From NCBI GenBank assembly GCA_963765675.1, contig CAVXXK010000001.1, positions 1,888,001 to 1,952,000 on the forward strand: a stretch of 64,000 bases of DNA, in the 5' to 3' direction. A program made the translations under genes and the position numbers. Within the stretch, counting starts at the first letter, position 1, and the number at the start of each line of letters is the position of its first letter. Below the pieces are notes generated by a model. The model was not told where the DNA came from. It made no database searches and saw only the letters and a list, made by a program, of their open reading frames with translations. Positions 20,354 through 29,485 of this stretch are shown here, in pieces. Origin of the DNA: an uncultured delta proteobacterium (GTDB lineage Bacteria > Desulfobacterota > Binatia > Binatales > Binataceae).

Positions 20354-20371
20354 ACATAACAAGTGTTGTGT
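20354..20371. promoter_or_regulatory. Candidate TetR operator
   Basis: ACATAACA-AG-TGTTGTGT inverted repeat (7/8) in the AT-rich divergent region. Confidence 0.5.
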
Positions 20372-20423
20372 TAAATCGCCGGCCATGCTATTTGTGCTTC
20401 ATCATCGATAAGGAGAACCGACA

Positions 20424-21257
20424 ATGGATACATCCAAACAAAAGTCGCTGGCCGGGGACGGAGCCGTCCTGATTGAAGGATTTCTCAACTCCGACCAGCT
20501 GGCCAGATGCAGAACCGTCTTTGATTGGTGCGTCGAGAATCCCGGTCCTTTCGCAGTTACCCTTTTTCCTGGAACCGAAAAACAGACACACAATGACAAC
20601 GCCAATCCGCGCGCCACGCAAAGACTTAATGAACTGGTATCGTCGATTCCGTTTGGTGAGTTGTTCGCCAATCTCTGGGGCTCGGCAAATGTCTGGTACT
20701 TCGCGGAAGAAGTGTTTCTGAAGAGCGGGGGAAAAGGTGGCCGCACACCCTGGCATCAGGACACGTCGTATCTTCCGTGGGCCGGAATGCATTGGGCGAA
20801 TGCCTGGATCAGCTTTGAAGGCGTCCCCAAGCCTAACTCACTTGAGATGATTAGAGGCTCACATCGGGGCATCCAATACGACGGCACTAGCTTCGCCGAT
20901 CCGAACGACCCCACCGCGCCGTTGCATGGTGGAACCGCTTTGCCGCGGCTTCCCGACATCGAGGCGAAGCGGAAAGAAGACCCGAAAGCCTATGACATTC
21001 TCTCCTGGGCTACTCAGCCGGGAGACATAGTAGTTATGCATCCCGGAACGCTGCACGGCGGAGCGCCGGTCGACACGAATTTCAGGGAGCGCCACACCTT
21101 GGTGTTGCGCTTTTTCGGTGACGACGCCACATTCCGCTCCCTCCCGAGCCACAGCGATAGCATGTACACACCGGCGGGGGTGCTTTTTCTCGACCAGATC
21201 GGACATTTGAAGGATGGAGAGCCATTTCGTTCACCCTTCTTTACGAAGCTTAAGTGA
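20424..21257 (+). CDS. Phytanoyl-CoA dioxygenase (PhyH)-family Fe/2OG enzyme
   Basis: TPWHQD, then H..TLHG and R motifs. Confidence 0.9.
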   Translation: MDTSKQKSLAGDGAVLIEGFLNSDQLARCRTVFDWCVENPGPFAVTLFPGTEKQTHNDNANPRATQRLNELVSSIPFGELFANLWGSANVWYFAEEVFLKSGGKGGRTPWHQDTSYLPWAGMHWANAWISFEGVPKPNSLEMIRGSHRGIQYDGTSFADPNDPTAPLHGGTALPRLPDIEAKRKEDPKAYDILSWATQPGDIVVMHPGTLHGGAPVDTNFRERHTLVLRFFGDDATFRSLPSHSDSMYTPAGVLFLDQIGHLKDGEPFRSPFFTKLK

Positions 21258-21336
21258 CCACCTCAACGGCGCACCCCTCGGACATGATCCTCGATCCGCT
21301 TTGGGCCGAAGCAAGCAGCAAGGAGACGTTTTTCAA

Positions 21337-21738
21337 ATGAAGCGAGTTCTAGTCAATCCCAAAGAAACCCAACCGATGTACGATGCCTTCCATTTTTCGC
21401 AAGCGAATCGGGTGGGCGATACAATCTGGGTTTCAGGACAAGTCGGCGTCGACAGCAACTTGTCGCCCGCGAGCGGAATGGCGGCGCAGGCGCGGCTCGC
21501 CTTCGAGCGACTGAAACGGACATTGGCCGAAACCGACGCGTCGCTTGAGGATGTTGTCGAGCTGACCACATTTCATATCGATTTGCGCGGAGAGATGGAC
21601 GAGTTCGCCAAGGTCAAGGACGAGTTCTTCCCGCGCGATTACCCTGCGTGGACCGCGGTGGGTGTGACCCAGCTTGCTCTTCCGGAGTTGCGCGTCGAAA
21701 TTCGAGCGGTCGCGGTAGCAGGGTCCGGAAAGGAGTGA
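21337..21738 (+). CDS. RidA/YjgF-family protein
   Basis: FSQA, VSGQVG and YPAWTAVGV..L....VEI motifs. AGGAG RBS. Confidence 0.9.
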   Translation: MKRVLVNPKETQPMYDAFHFSQANRVGDTIWVSGQVGVDSNLSPASGMAAQARLAFERLKRTLAETDASLEDVVELTTFHIDLRGEMDEFAKVKDEFFPRDYPAWTAVGVTQLALPELRVEIRAVAVAGSGKE

Positions 21739-21842
21739 CAATCGAATGCCCCCGCGGAGAGCCGATCATCTGCCGCGCCGTTCAGCCTGATAAAAGCGAG
21801 CGGCCGGCTCCTGCGGCAATTCAGTGGAGAGGAATAATCTAA

Positions 21843-23198
21843 GTGTCAACTATGCTCTACGGACAAAACGGATCCGCTGGCGTCAGCGGTTGGCTGACAT
21901 CTGCACCGGAGCGGCGACCGTCATTGCAAGGAGACCTTCGGGCGGACGTTGTAATCGTCGGCGGAGGGTACAACGGCCTTTCAACCGCGCTCGAGCTACG
22001 AGCTCGCGGGATCGATGCCGTCGTGCTGGAACGGAATTTTGCCGGTTCCGGAGCCAGCGGGCGCAACGCCGGCTATCTGGCGGGCGCACTGGGTTTGGAG
22101 TTCGACCTGATAATCCGGCGGCTCGGACGCGAACGAGCTGCGGCGCTGGTTGGCTTTTACGACCAAGCAGTTCGACACGTCGAGAAGCTTCTCCCCCAGC
22201 ATCGGATTGACTGCGATTACGAACCGACCGGGCTCCTCATCGCCAGTGTTCATCCCAATCAAGAAGCTCGCGTCCGACATCAGGCTGAAATCGGGCGTGA
22301 GCTCGGCACAGCAGCCCGATTCCTTGGGCAGGACGAAATGCGTGAGCGCGGGCTCCCGCCAGCTTTTTTGTGCGGCGCGCTCAGTGAAATAGGTGGAACG
22401 CTTGACCCCGGGAAATATGCGCTCGGGTTACGCAAGGCAGCGATCGATGCCGGCGTGCGCCTGTTCGAAGGTTCATCGGTGCTCGGAATCGACGACGGCG
22501 CACCAATTCGGGTGCACACTCAACATGGATCGGTGACCGCAGATGTGTGCATTCTCGCGACCAATGCCTATGGTCCTGACCTGGGCTTTCTGGCTCGCAC
22601 AGTGCTGCCGATTCAGGTCTCGGCGATCGAGACCGCGCCCATGAGCGGCGAGCAACGCGAGGCGCTGGGTTGGCCAGGCCGCGAAGGTATTGTCACTGCG
22701 CATTTTGCGCTGGAGAGTTTTCGCCTTACCAGGCGCAACACAGTCCTCGTTTCGACTAAACGCCTGAACTACTCGTACGGCAGTTGCGCTCCAGAGGGTC
22801 GTGACGCCGCCGCCTGCGAAGTATTACAGAATATGCTGCGCCAGCGCCTGCCGGTGCTGCACGACATACCCGTCAACGCCCAGTGGTCCGGTTGGGTAAC
22901 CTTCTCGGGCGACACTATTCCGGTCATCGGTGTTGCAGGCGCGCGTCGAAACATATTTTACGCGAGCGGCTGCAGTGGACACGGGGTAGCGACACAGACC
23001 CTGATGGGAGTCCTCCTTGCTGAGCGTGCTCAAGGAAAGGAGCATGAATTGGAGTCCGTGTTCCGACGCAAAGTTCCGAAGCTGCCGCCGGAACCACTTC
23101 GCTGGGCGGTTTGCAAAGTACTGCTCTCCGCCGCAAACTTTCTGGATGCTCGAACAGATCGCAAGGTCTCGCGCGCTCAAAAGTCGCCAAGAAGCTAG
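21843..23198 (+). CDS. FAD-dependent oxidoreductase (PuuB/DadA-like amine oxidase)
   Basis: GGGYNG, GASGRNAG and GCSGHGV motifs. Confidence 0.9.
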   Translation: MSTMLYGQNGSAGVSGWLTSAPERRPSLQGDLRADVVIVGGGYNGLSTALELRARGIDAVVLERNFAGSGASGRNAGYLAGALGLEFDLIIRRLGRERAAALVGFYDQAVRHVEKLLPQHRIDCDYEPTGLLIASVHPNQEARVRHQAEIGRELGTAARFLGQDEMRERGLPPAFLCGALSEIGGTLDPGKYALGLRKAAIDAGVRLFEGSSVLGIDDGAPIRVHTQHGSVTADVCILATNAYGPDLGFLARTVLPIQVSAIETAPMSGEQREALGWPGREGIVTAHFALESFRLTRRNTVLVSTKRLNYSYGSCAPEGRDAAACEVLQNMLRQRLPVLHDIPVNAQWSGWVTFSGDTIPVIGVAGARRNIFYASGCSGHGVATQTLMGVLLAERAQGKEHELESVFRRKVPKLPPEPLRWAVCKVLLSAANFLDARTDRKVSRAQKSPRS

Positions 23199-23334
23199 GG
23201 AAGCTCTGCATAGGTCGGTGGGCAGAGGCGATTGATTAAAATAGTCATGGGAATCGGGTTCAGCGAGAGTGGTTTAGAGGACGCTTGCGCGCACCGCTTC
23301 GCACGCTTATCTACCGTGTGTTAGGTTAATCACA

Positions 23335-24465
23335 ATGAGTACCGCGCAGGATCTCGTGGTCGATTGCGACTCGCACGTGATGGAGCCGCCCGACCTCTGG
23401 CAGAACTATATCGAGCCGCGCTTTCGCGACCGCGCGATCCGGATCGCGATCGATCCCGCCGATGGGATGGAAATGCTGATGATCGATAATCAGCCGATGC
23501 TCAAAGGCGTGCTGGCCGGGTTGGGCGGAGCGAACCTGCCGCGCGAGTCGCTGTTCGTCCCGGGCCAGAAAAAATATCTCGACGGATGCCCTCCGGCGTC
23601 GTACCTGCCCGAGGAGCGCGTACGGATGCTCGACGAATGGGGCGTCAGCGCGGGGGTGGTCTTTCCCACCGTCGGGATTCTATGGGACACTTCCGACGAC
23701 GCGCTGGCGCTCGCCTACACGCGCGCCTACAACAACTGGCTGAATGATTTTGCGCTGCGTGCACGTAATCGCGTGATACCGATCGCGCATATCGCGATCC
23801 AGGAACCGGTCACGGCGCTCGCGGAGCTCAAGCGATGCCTCAAGCTCGGGTTCAAGGGGATTTTTCTCGCGCCCGAAACGATCGGAGGCAGGCGCTTCTC
23901 GCATCCTGATTTCGATCCGATCTGGAGCGAATGCGAAGCCGCCGGAATTCCGGTATGCCTGCACGTGATCGTGCGCTTCAACCGCGCGCCGGGAATCATG
24001 GGCCAGTTCTATCAGCCCGGCGAATTCCGCGCGGTATACGGCTTCGCACTGGGCGGATTTGCGCAGGTGGTGCCGGCCGCGATGACGATGATCGCCGACG
24101 GGTTGTTCGACCGTTTCCCGCGGCTCAAGGTGCTGTGCGTCGAAGCGGGCTGCGGATGGGCTCCGTACATCATGGATCGGATGGACGAGAAGTATGAGCA
24201 TCTGGGATGGACCTTTCCGACCAAGCTTAAACCGTCTGACTATTTCCGCCGCAACATTTGGGTAGTCGCCGAACCGGAAGAGCGGACGATCGGCGCAACG
24301 ATGGAGTTGTTGGGCGAAGAGCGGGTGCTGTGGGGCTCTGACTATCCGCATATCGATTCGACGCTCGCGGCAGCCCGCCTGATTCGCGAAAGCGTAGCGG
24401 AGTTAAGTCCCGAGCGGCGGCGCATGCTTCTCGGGACCAACGCGCGCAATGTGTTTCCTGAGTGA
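23335..24465 (+). CDS. Amidohydrolase_2 family metal-dependent hydrolase
   Basis: DCDSHVMEP, EAGCGW and WGSDYPH motifs. Confidence 0.9.
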   Translation: MSTAQDLVVDCDSHVMEPPDLWQNYIEPRFRDRAIRIAIDPADGMEMLMIDNQPMLKGVLAGLGGANLPRESLFVPGQKKYLDGCPPASYLPEERVRMLDEWGVSAGVVFPTVGILWDTSDDALALAYTRAYNNWLNDFALRARNRVIPIAHIAIQEPVTALAELKRCLKLGFKGIFLAPETIGGRRFSHPDFDPIWSECEAAGIPVCLHVIVRFNRAPGIMGQFYQPGEFRAVYGFALGGFAQVVPAAMTMIADGLFDRFPRLKVLCVEAGCGWAPYIMDRMDEKYEHLGWTFPTKLKPSDYFRRNIWVVAEPEERTIGATMELLGEERVLWGSDYPHIDSTLAAARLIRESVAELSPERRRMLLGTNARNVFPE

Positions 24466-24507
24466 TTGAACTCGAGTTCTGAGGTCCGACTGCCGAGGTT
24501 CCAAGAG

Positions 24508-24711
24508 ATGCCGAGTGAGAAGGCCAAGGACAACAAGGCGCTGATGGCGACCTGCGCCGCGTGTGGCAAGCCAGTCTCGACCGAAAGCGCGGTCGCGCTG
24601 ATGGGTGCAGAGGACGGCCGCCGCAAACAATCGGTGGTCTGCGTCACCTGCGCCAACAAAGGCTGGCGCCCCCCGGGCTTTGGCGGTCTATACTCCATCC
24701 GCCCGCACTAA
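24508..24711 (+). CDS. Small hypothetical protein with two CxxC motifs (possible Zn ribbon)
   Basis: CAAC...CVTC in a 67-aa ORF. Confidence 0.55.
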   Translation: MPSEKAKDNKALMATCAACGKPVSTESAVALMGAEDGRRKQSVVCVTCANKGWRPPGFGGLYSIRPH

Positions 24712-24762
24712 GGTCGCAACGTATCGCGCCCAAAGACCGAGCGCGCAGCATCGCGAAGTCTC

Positions 24763-24799
24763 GCAGAGGCCGGGATTTCTCCCTGCCGTCGAAATGACG
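24763..24799 (-). repeat. CGTC-tagged REP-like unit (family A), left arm of the inverted repeat around the GIY-YIG gene
   Basis: gcagaggccgggatttctccctgccgtcgaaatgacg is 35/37 complementary to 25177-25213. Confidence 0.9.
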
Positions 24800-24825
24800 A
24801 ATGGGGGATCGTGGTAGCTCGATAG

Positions 24826-25110
24826 CTAGAGCTGTTCCGCTAAATCGGTCCACTTCGGATTCATCGATTCTATGAGTTTGATCTTTTTTTCGCGGCGCCA
24901 TCGCTTGACCTCCTTCTCGCGCGCGATCGCGTCGAGCGGACCATCGTATTCTTCAAAGTAGACCAGCCGAGTGATGTTGTACTTTGTGGTGAATGCCGCC
25001 GGGCGGCTCTCACGATGCTCCTGCACGCGGCGTAGGAGATCGTTAGTTACTCCGACATACAAAGTCCGCGAAGGACTCGCGAGTATGTAAATAAAGCATC
25101 GCCGCGCCAT
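24826..25110 (-). CDS. Stand-alone GIY-YIG nuclease (94 aa)
   Basis: FIYIL...LYVGVT.DL.RR..EH, FT.KY, AIAREK..K.W.R and NP.W.DL motifs. Confidence 0.93.
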   Translation of the reverse strand: MARRCFIYILASPSRTLYVGVTNDLLRRVQEHRESRPAAFTTKYNITRLVYFEEYDGPLDAIAREKEVKRWRREKKIKLIESMNPKWTDLAEQL

Positions 25111-25176
25111 CTCCGTCAGCGTAGTGCCTTCACTTTAATTCCGCGAGAAGCCTGCGTCTCTACCCGAGACCCCCTA

Positions 25177-25213
25177 CGTCATTTCGACCGCAGGGAGAAA
25201 TCCCGGGCTCTGC
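25177..25213 (+). repeat. CGTC-tagged REP-like unit (family A), right arm
   Basis: cgtcatttcgaccgcagggagaaatcccgggctctgc. Confidence 0.9.
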
Positions 25214-25277
25214 CAGCTTTCGCACTTCTGAGAACCTGGCCGTGTGCAGTAGCCTCCGTACCTCTCGCCGCGTCGGA

Positions 25278-26564
25278 TCAATCTACTCGGGCGTGCTCTG
25301 CTTGGTCGGCGCGGGCTTGTTCGGCGGCGGCTATTTCGTAGCGGGTCTTGCCGGGACCCGTTTCGGGCAGGAAATACATCGCGACGATCGGCAAGAACTG
25401 AAATACCAGGAAAGACAGCATCACGGCGCGCAGCCCGATGTGCGCGGCCAGCGCTCCGCCTAGAAACGGCGATACGAACGCGCCGAAGTACCCGATCGCC
25501 CATACGAATCCGATCGCGGCGCCCGCGCGGACTGGCGTCATTCCGGGCAGTTCCATCAACAGCGTCGTGATCGCGGCCAGCGATCCGGCCGAGCCGATTC
25601 CGACCAGCACCAGCGAGAGCCGAATCCAGGTCGGGTCGGGAATCATGATCGCGCCGGCGCATCCGACGAGCGTCGTGATCGCTACCGGCCAGGTGAACGG
25701 CTTGCGCAGCCCGGTGATGCCGGTGCCGATTCCGCCGATCGCGGCGGCGAACATCCCGGTCAGCGGCAGCACCTGGGTCATCAGCGACGCTTGCGACATC
25801 GTCATGCCGCGAAACACGCGGAAGTATTGCGGCAGAAACGCGGTGTAAATCTGGAACACCCACATCCCGCCGAACAGCCCGGCCGCGATCAGCAGCACGT
25901 CGCGCATCTTTGCGACTTCCGCCAACGCAGAGCCGCGCGCCACCGCCGATTCCGTCGTTACAGCAGGCGGATCGACCAGCGCAGTGCGGCGCTCGCGGCC
26001 GAAGAGCGTGCATAGCAGCGCGACGCCCGCCGATCCGATCCCATACCACAGCAGCACCGAGCGCCAGGACGATCCCACCGCGACGAACAAGGCAGGAGTG
26101 AAGCGGAAAACGGCGGTCAGCCCGACGTATCCAAAGGCGAAGTTGATCATGTTGATGTAGGGCCATTCGCCTTCACCGAACCACTGCATCGTGAGCGTGC
26201 CCGGCGGCGCGATCACGATTCCGTAGCCGATACCCTCGAGTACGCGGCACGCGAGCAGCGCCGCGAAGTTCGGAACGTAGCCGCTCAGGATCTGTCCGCC
26301 CGCCATCAGCCAAATACCTATGATCATCGCGCGCGCGGCGCCGACGCGTTCCGATACCACCGCGCCCAACAGCGAAAAGATGCCGATGCATAGCGCGATG
26401 ATCGAGATGATCAATCCGGCGCTACTGAGCGAGATGCCGAGGCCGTTCTTGATTTCCTCGAGAATCGGCGCGGGCGCGAGCCAGGTGAGCGACTGCGCGA
26501 TCAAAAGGAGCAGCAGCAGGACTTCGATAACCCATCGATAGGGCGAAAGTTTATGTGACTTCAC
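25278..26564 (-). CDS. MFS transporter (CynX/NimT-like)
   Basis: About 12 hydrophobic segments and motif-A-like GAVVSERVG. Confidence 0.85.
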   Translation of the reverse strand: MKSHKLSPYRWVIEVLLLLLLIAQSLTWLAPAPILEEIKNGLGISLSSAGLIISIIALCIGIFSLLGAVVSERVGAARAMIIGIWLMAGGQILSGYVPNFAALLACRVLEGIGYGIVIAPPGTLTMQWFGEGEWPYINMINFAFGYVGLTAVFRFTPALFVAVGSSWRSVLLWYGIGSAGVALLCTLFGRERRTALVDPPAVTTESAVARGSALAEVAKMRDVLLIAAGLFGGMWVFQIYTAFLPQYFRVFRGMTMSQASLMTQVLPLTGMFAAAIGGIGTGITGLRKPFTWPVAITTLVGCAGAIMIPDPTWIRLSLVLVGIGSAGSLAAITTLLMELPGMTPVRAGAAIGFVWAIGYFGAFVSPFLGGALAAHIGLRAVMLSFLVFQFLPIVAMYFLPETGPGKTRYEIAAAEQARADQAEHARVD

Positions 26565-26664
26565 TCATCGGTGGTGAGGGTAACGCGTACAGGGCGATAC
26601 GCGCCAACGAAAAGCGTCGCGAGTTTCTTTCTGGTCCCGCGCCTTATTTCTTCGTCTCAATGAG

Positions 26665-27957
26665 TTACAGCTTGCGGTCGCCGGAGGCCCAGCGGAGATA
26701 GCCCGCCAGGCCCAGGACGTCGACGGCGGCGATCAGATAGAAGACCGCGGCGAATGAACCGGAGGCCTGCACGATAAAGCCGGTTACTGCCACGCCGATT
26801 ATTCCGGGAATCGCCGCAATCGTGTTCGAGATGCCCATCAGCACGCCCGCGTAGGTCGGGCCGACATCGAGATGATTGACGCCATAGGCGGCCAGGCCAA
26901 GGCCGTTGGCCGCCGCTGAAATTGTGATGAGCGCGATCGCGGCGCCGGGGGAGCGCGCGGCCGGGAGCGCCAGCAGCGGGAGCGCGCCGATCCCGAACGC
27001 GCAGGACTGCATCAGCTTGCGCGTGGCGCCGACGCTGGTTCCGCGCAGCAGCATCGCGTCGGCGATCCATCCGCCGGAGTTGACTACCACGAAGGTCGCG
27101 ATCCACGGGACGATCGAATAAATCCCGACCCGCGCCACCGTCACGCCGAAAGTGTGATGCAGATAAGTCGGCAGCCAGAGCAGCAGGATGTTGAAGCCGA
27201 AGTTGCTGCAGAAATGCGCGAGCACGATCGCCCACACCGCTTTCTCGCGCGCGATCTTTGCCCACGGCACTCGACCCGCGCGCGCCTCCGCGTTGCGCGA
27301 TGACGTGATTGCGGCAATCTCGGCGGGCGAGATGTGCCGCGAGTCTTCGGGACGGTCGGCCGCCGCCAGCATCCATGCCAGCACCCACACCAGTCCGAGC
27401 GCGCCCGAAATATAAAACAGGGCAGGCCATCCGAACGCGGCGATTATCATCGGACTGGCAAGCAGGGCGAGCACCGTTCCCAGGTACATCCCGCTGAAGT
27501 TGAATGACAGCGAGCGTGCCCGCTCCGACACAAGCATCCAGCGCGCGGTCAGGCTGTGAATCGCGGGAAAGTTAACGCCTTCACCGAGACCCAGGACCAC
27601 GCGGATCGTGAACAGCACCGCAAACGAGATCGCCGCAGCCTGGGGAGTGAAAAGCGTCGCGAGCGACCAGATGGCGACGCCCGCGCCGAGCACGCGGCGT
27701 CCACCGAATCGATCAGACATCCATCCGCCGACCAGCTGAGTGCAGAAGTATCCCCAAAAAAATGCCGACAGGATCAGGCCCTGAGCGCCGGCAGCGTAAT
27801 CGAAGCGGCGCGCGAGCGGAATGATCGCGACCGAAATGCTGACGCGATCCACGTAGCACAGCATCGTCGCAAGAAAATACAGGGCGACGACAATGTAGCG
27901 GCGCGGAATTCGCGACGGCGTGATCGAGGGCGCGGGCGATTCGGGATACGGTCGCAT
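26665..27957 (-). CDS. MFS transporter, ACS family
   Basis: YVDRVSIS, SAFFWGY, GWMSDRFGGRR and GLGEGVNFP motifs. Confidence 0.9.
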   Translation of the reverse strand: MRPYPESPAPSITPSRIPRRYIVVALYFLATMLCYVDRVSISVAIIPLARRFDYAAGAQGLILSAFFWGYFCTQLVGGWMSDRFGGRRVLGAGVAIWSLATLFTPQAAAISFAVLFTIRVVLGLGEGVNFPAIHSLTARWMLVSERARSLSFNFSGMYLGTVLALLASPMIIAAFGWPALFYISGALGLVWVLAWMLAAADRPEDSRHISPAEIAAITSSRNAEARAGRVPWAKIAREKAVWAIVLAHFCSNFGFNILLLWLPTYLHHTFGVTVARVGIYSIVPWIATFVVVNSGGWIADAMLLRGTSVGATRKLMQSCAFGIGALPLLALPAARSPGAAIALITISAAANGLGLAAYGVNHLDVGPTYAGVLMGISNTIAAIPGIIGVAVTGFIVQASGSFAAVFYLIAAVDVLGLAGYLRWASGDRKL

Positions 27958-28087
27958 GAAATCGATGCGACCGCAGCTTAATCACCCTTTGCGCGCCGCG
28001 CCAACGAGAAGCGCCGCGTGAACGCACGGACCTCGTAGCTGAGTCCATGCGCTCGCGCGGCGCGAGACTTGGGCGGGCTCTCGGGAG

Positions 28088-28516
28088 CTAGCGGCCGACC
28101 GCGTGGCGAACCGTGGTCAGGATATACAGGAAGTCGCGCGGCGAACGGACGTCGCCCATCAGCGCGACCCGGCTGAGCATCTCCATTTCTTCGCCGGAGA
28201 TATTGTGAATCCGGCGCAGTTGCTCATTCTTGCGGAAGTCTTCCCATGCCGAGCTGGCGGGAGTTTCCGGTTCCGGATTGAGCAGCGCTTGCGCGCGCGG
28301 ATTGGCAAGGAAAAAGAGCTCGCGCCGATCGAGGCCCAGCACTTCGGCCAGCCGCGTGACGATCTTGTCGGACGGATGGCGCTTTCCGGACTCCAGGTGG
28401 CCGACGTACGGAGTCGAAGTTTTGATCCGGCGCGCGACCTCTTCCTGGGTGAGGTCAAGCTGGCGGCGCCGTTCGCGAATCACCTGCCCGAAATTTCGTT
28501 CCTTGGTCCGTGCCAT
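28088..28516 (-). CDS. XRE-family HTH transcriptional regulator
   Basis: LTQEEVA....STPYVGHLESGKRHPS. Confidence 0.88.
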   Translation of the reverse strand: MARTKERNFGQVIRERRRQLDLTQEEVARRIKTSTPYVGHLESGKRHPSDKIVTRLAEVLGLDRRELFFLANPRAQALLNPEPETPASSAWEDFRKNEQLRRIHNISGEEMEMLSRVALMGDVRSPRDFLYILTTVRHAVGR

Positions 28517-28700
28517 AGGGTATCCCTCTTTGACCTTTGAACCTTTGTGGCCCGGAGGCGGGCCGCGCTTCCCCTCGAACAAAAAGGTTTGTTTAAGTGA
28601 CTAACTGTAAGTAACATCGGGTCGCCTTAAAGGCAAACAACTAAAACCGGAAAGATGAGCCTGATGTTTTGTAGCATTTTACCGTCGCGGGGCCTCTTCT

Positions 28701-28717
28701 GACACCAAAATGGTGCG
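28701..28717. promoter_or_regulatory. NtrC-box-like palindrome
   Basis: GACACCAAAATGGTGCG matches TGCACCAAAATGGTGCA at 14/17. Confidence 0.4.
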
Positions 28718-28800
28718 TTTAGAAACGCTTACGCGAATTTCACTTAAGCTAGGACCTCTCCATAAATTAGTATTATTCATCTCAGATTCGCGCCGCCGAA

Positions 28801-29154
28801 TCAATTCCCGTACGGATTGCGCCCGTGATTCAGGTAGATCGAGAACTCCGAGACCTCGCCGAGCGCCCGCGGAGGAGTCGCGAAGTGCGCTTCGGCCCCG
28901 GTCTTCATACCCGAGACGACGATCTTGTCCTGCCCGAGCGGGCGCCCGTTGGCGTCGTAGTAATGAACTTCGACGTCCAGGGGTCCGAGGTCGGGTCCGG
29001 TGTTCTTGAGGCTGCCGTCGACGAACACCTGGCCGCCGCGATGCTCCAGGTGGCTTGCGACCACGCGCACCGGCTCGACTTTGAACAGCGAGTAGAAGAC
29101 GAATGCCACAAAGACGATGGCGACGATCAGGATTGCCAGGGTGCTCTTGCGCAT
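28801..29154 (-). CDS. Membrane-anchored FxLYD-like hypothetical protein
   Basis: N-terminal TM helix and VDGSLKNTG...VHYYDANG..LG pattern. Confidence 0.65.
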   Translation of the reverse strand: MRKSTLAILIVAIVFVAFVFYSLFKVEPVRVVASHLEHRGGQVFVDGSLKNTGPDLGPLDVEVHYYDANGRPLGQDKIVVSGMKTGAEAHFATPPRALGEVSEFSIYLNHGRNPYGN

Positions 29155-29485
29155 CGGATGACCGGTAGCCCGGAATACAGGGACCTCGAATAGCCGGAAT
29201 TATTGTAGCGATTTGAGCGCCGCGCGCGAACCTGTACTGGCGCATTTGCGGTTCTCGGTCGCGTGCTATCGGCGGGTAACCGGTGAGCATTCGGGTGGCA
29301 GATGCATCCGCTATGAGCATCACCGGGCGGCCGTTAACGATGAACGACGGTCCAGGGACCGCACTTTCAAACTCGAATGGAATATTGTCACGCGGGTACG
29401 AAACTTGTAATCCGTCCCGCGACGAACTCGCTGAACGTTCGTCGGCGGACAAAATCATGCCTAATTCCGTGAGGGAGGAGTCAGA

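Noticed and set aside
24826-25110. GIY-YIG as an intron homing endonuclease or UvrC fragment
   Set aside because: Not inside an interrupted gene and lacks DNA-binding or UvrC domains. It is a complete stand-alone small protein.
29238-29252. TGGCGCATTTGC as a sigma54 promoter
   Set aside because: GG-to-GC spacing is too short for a -24/-12 promoter
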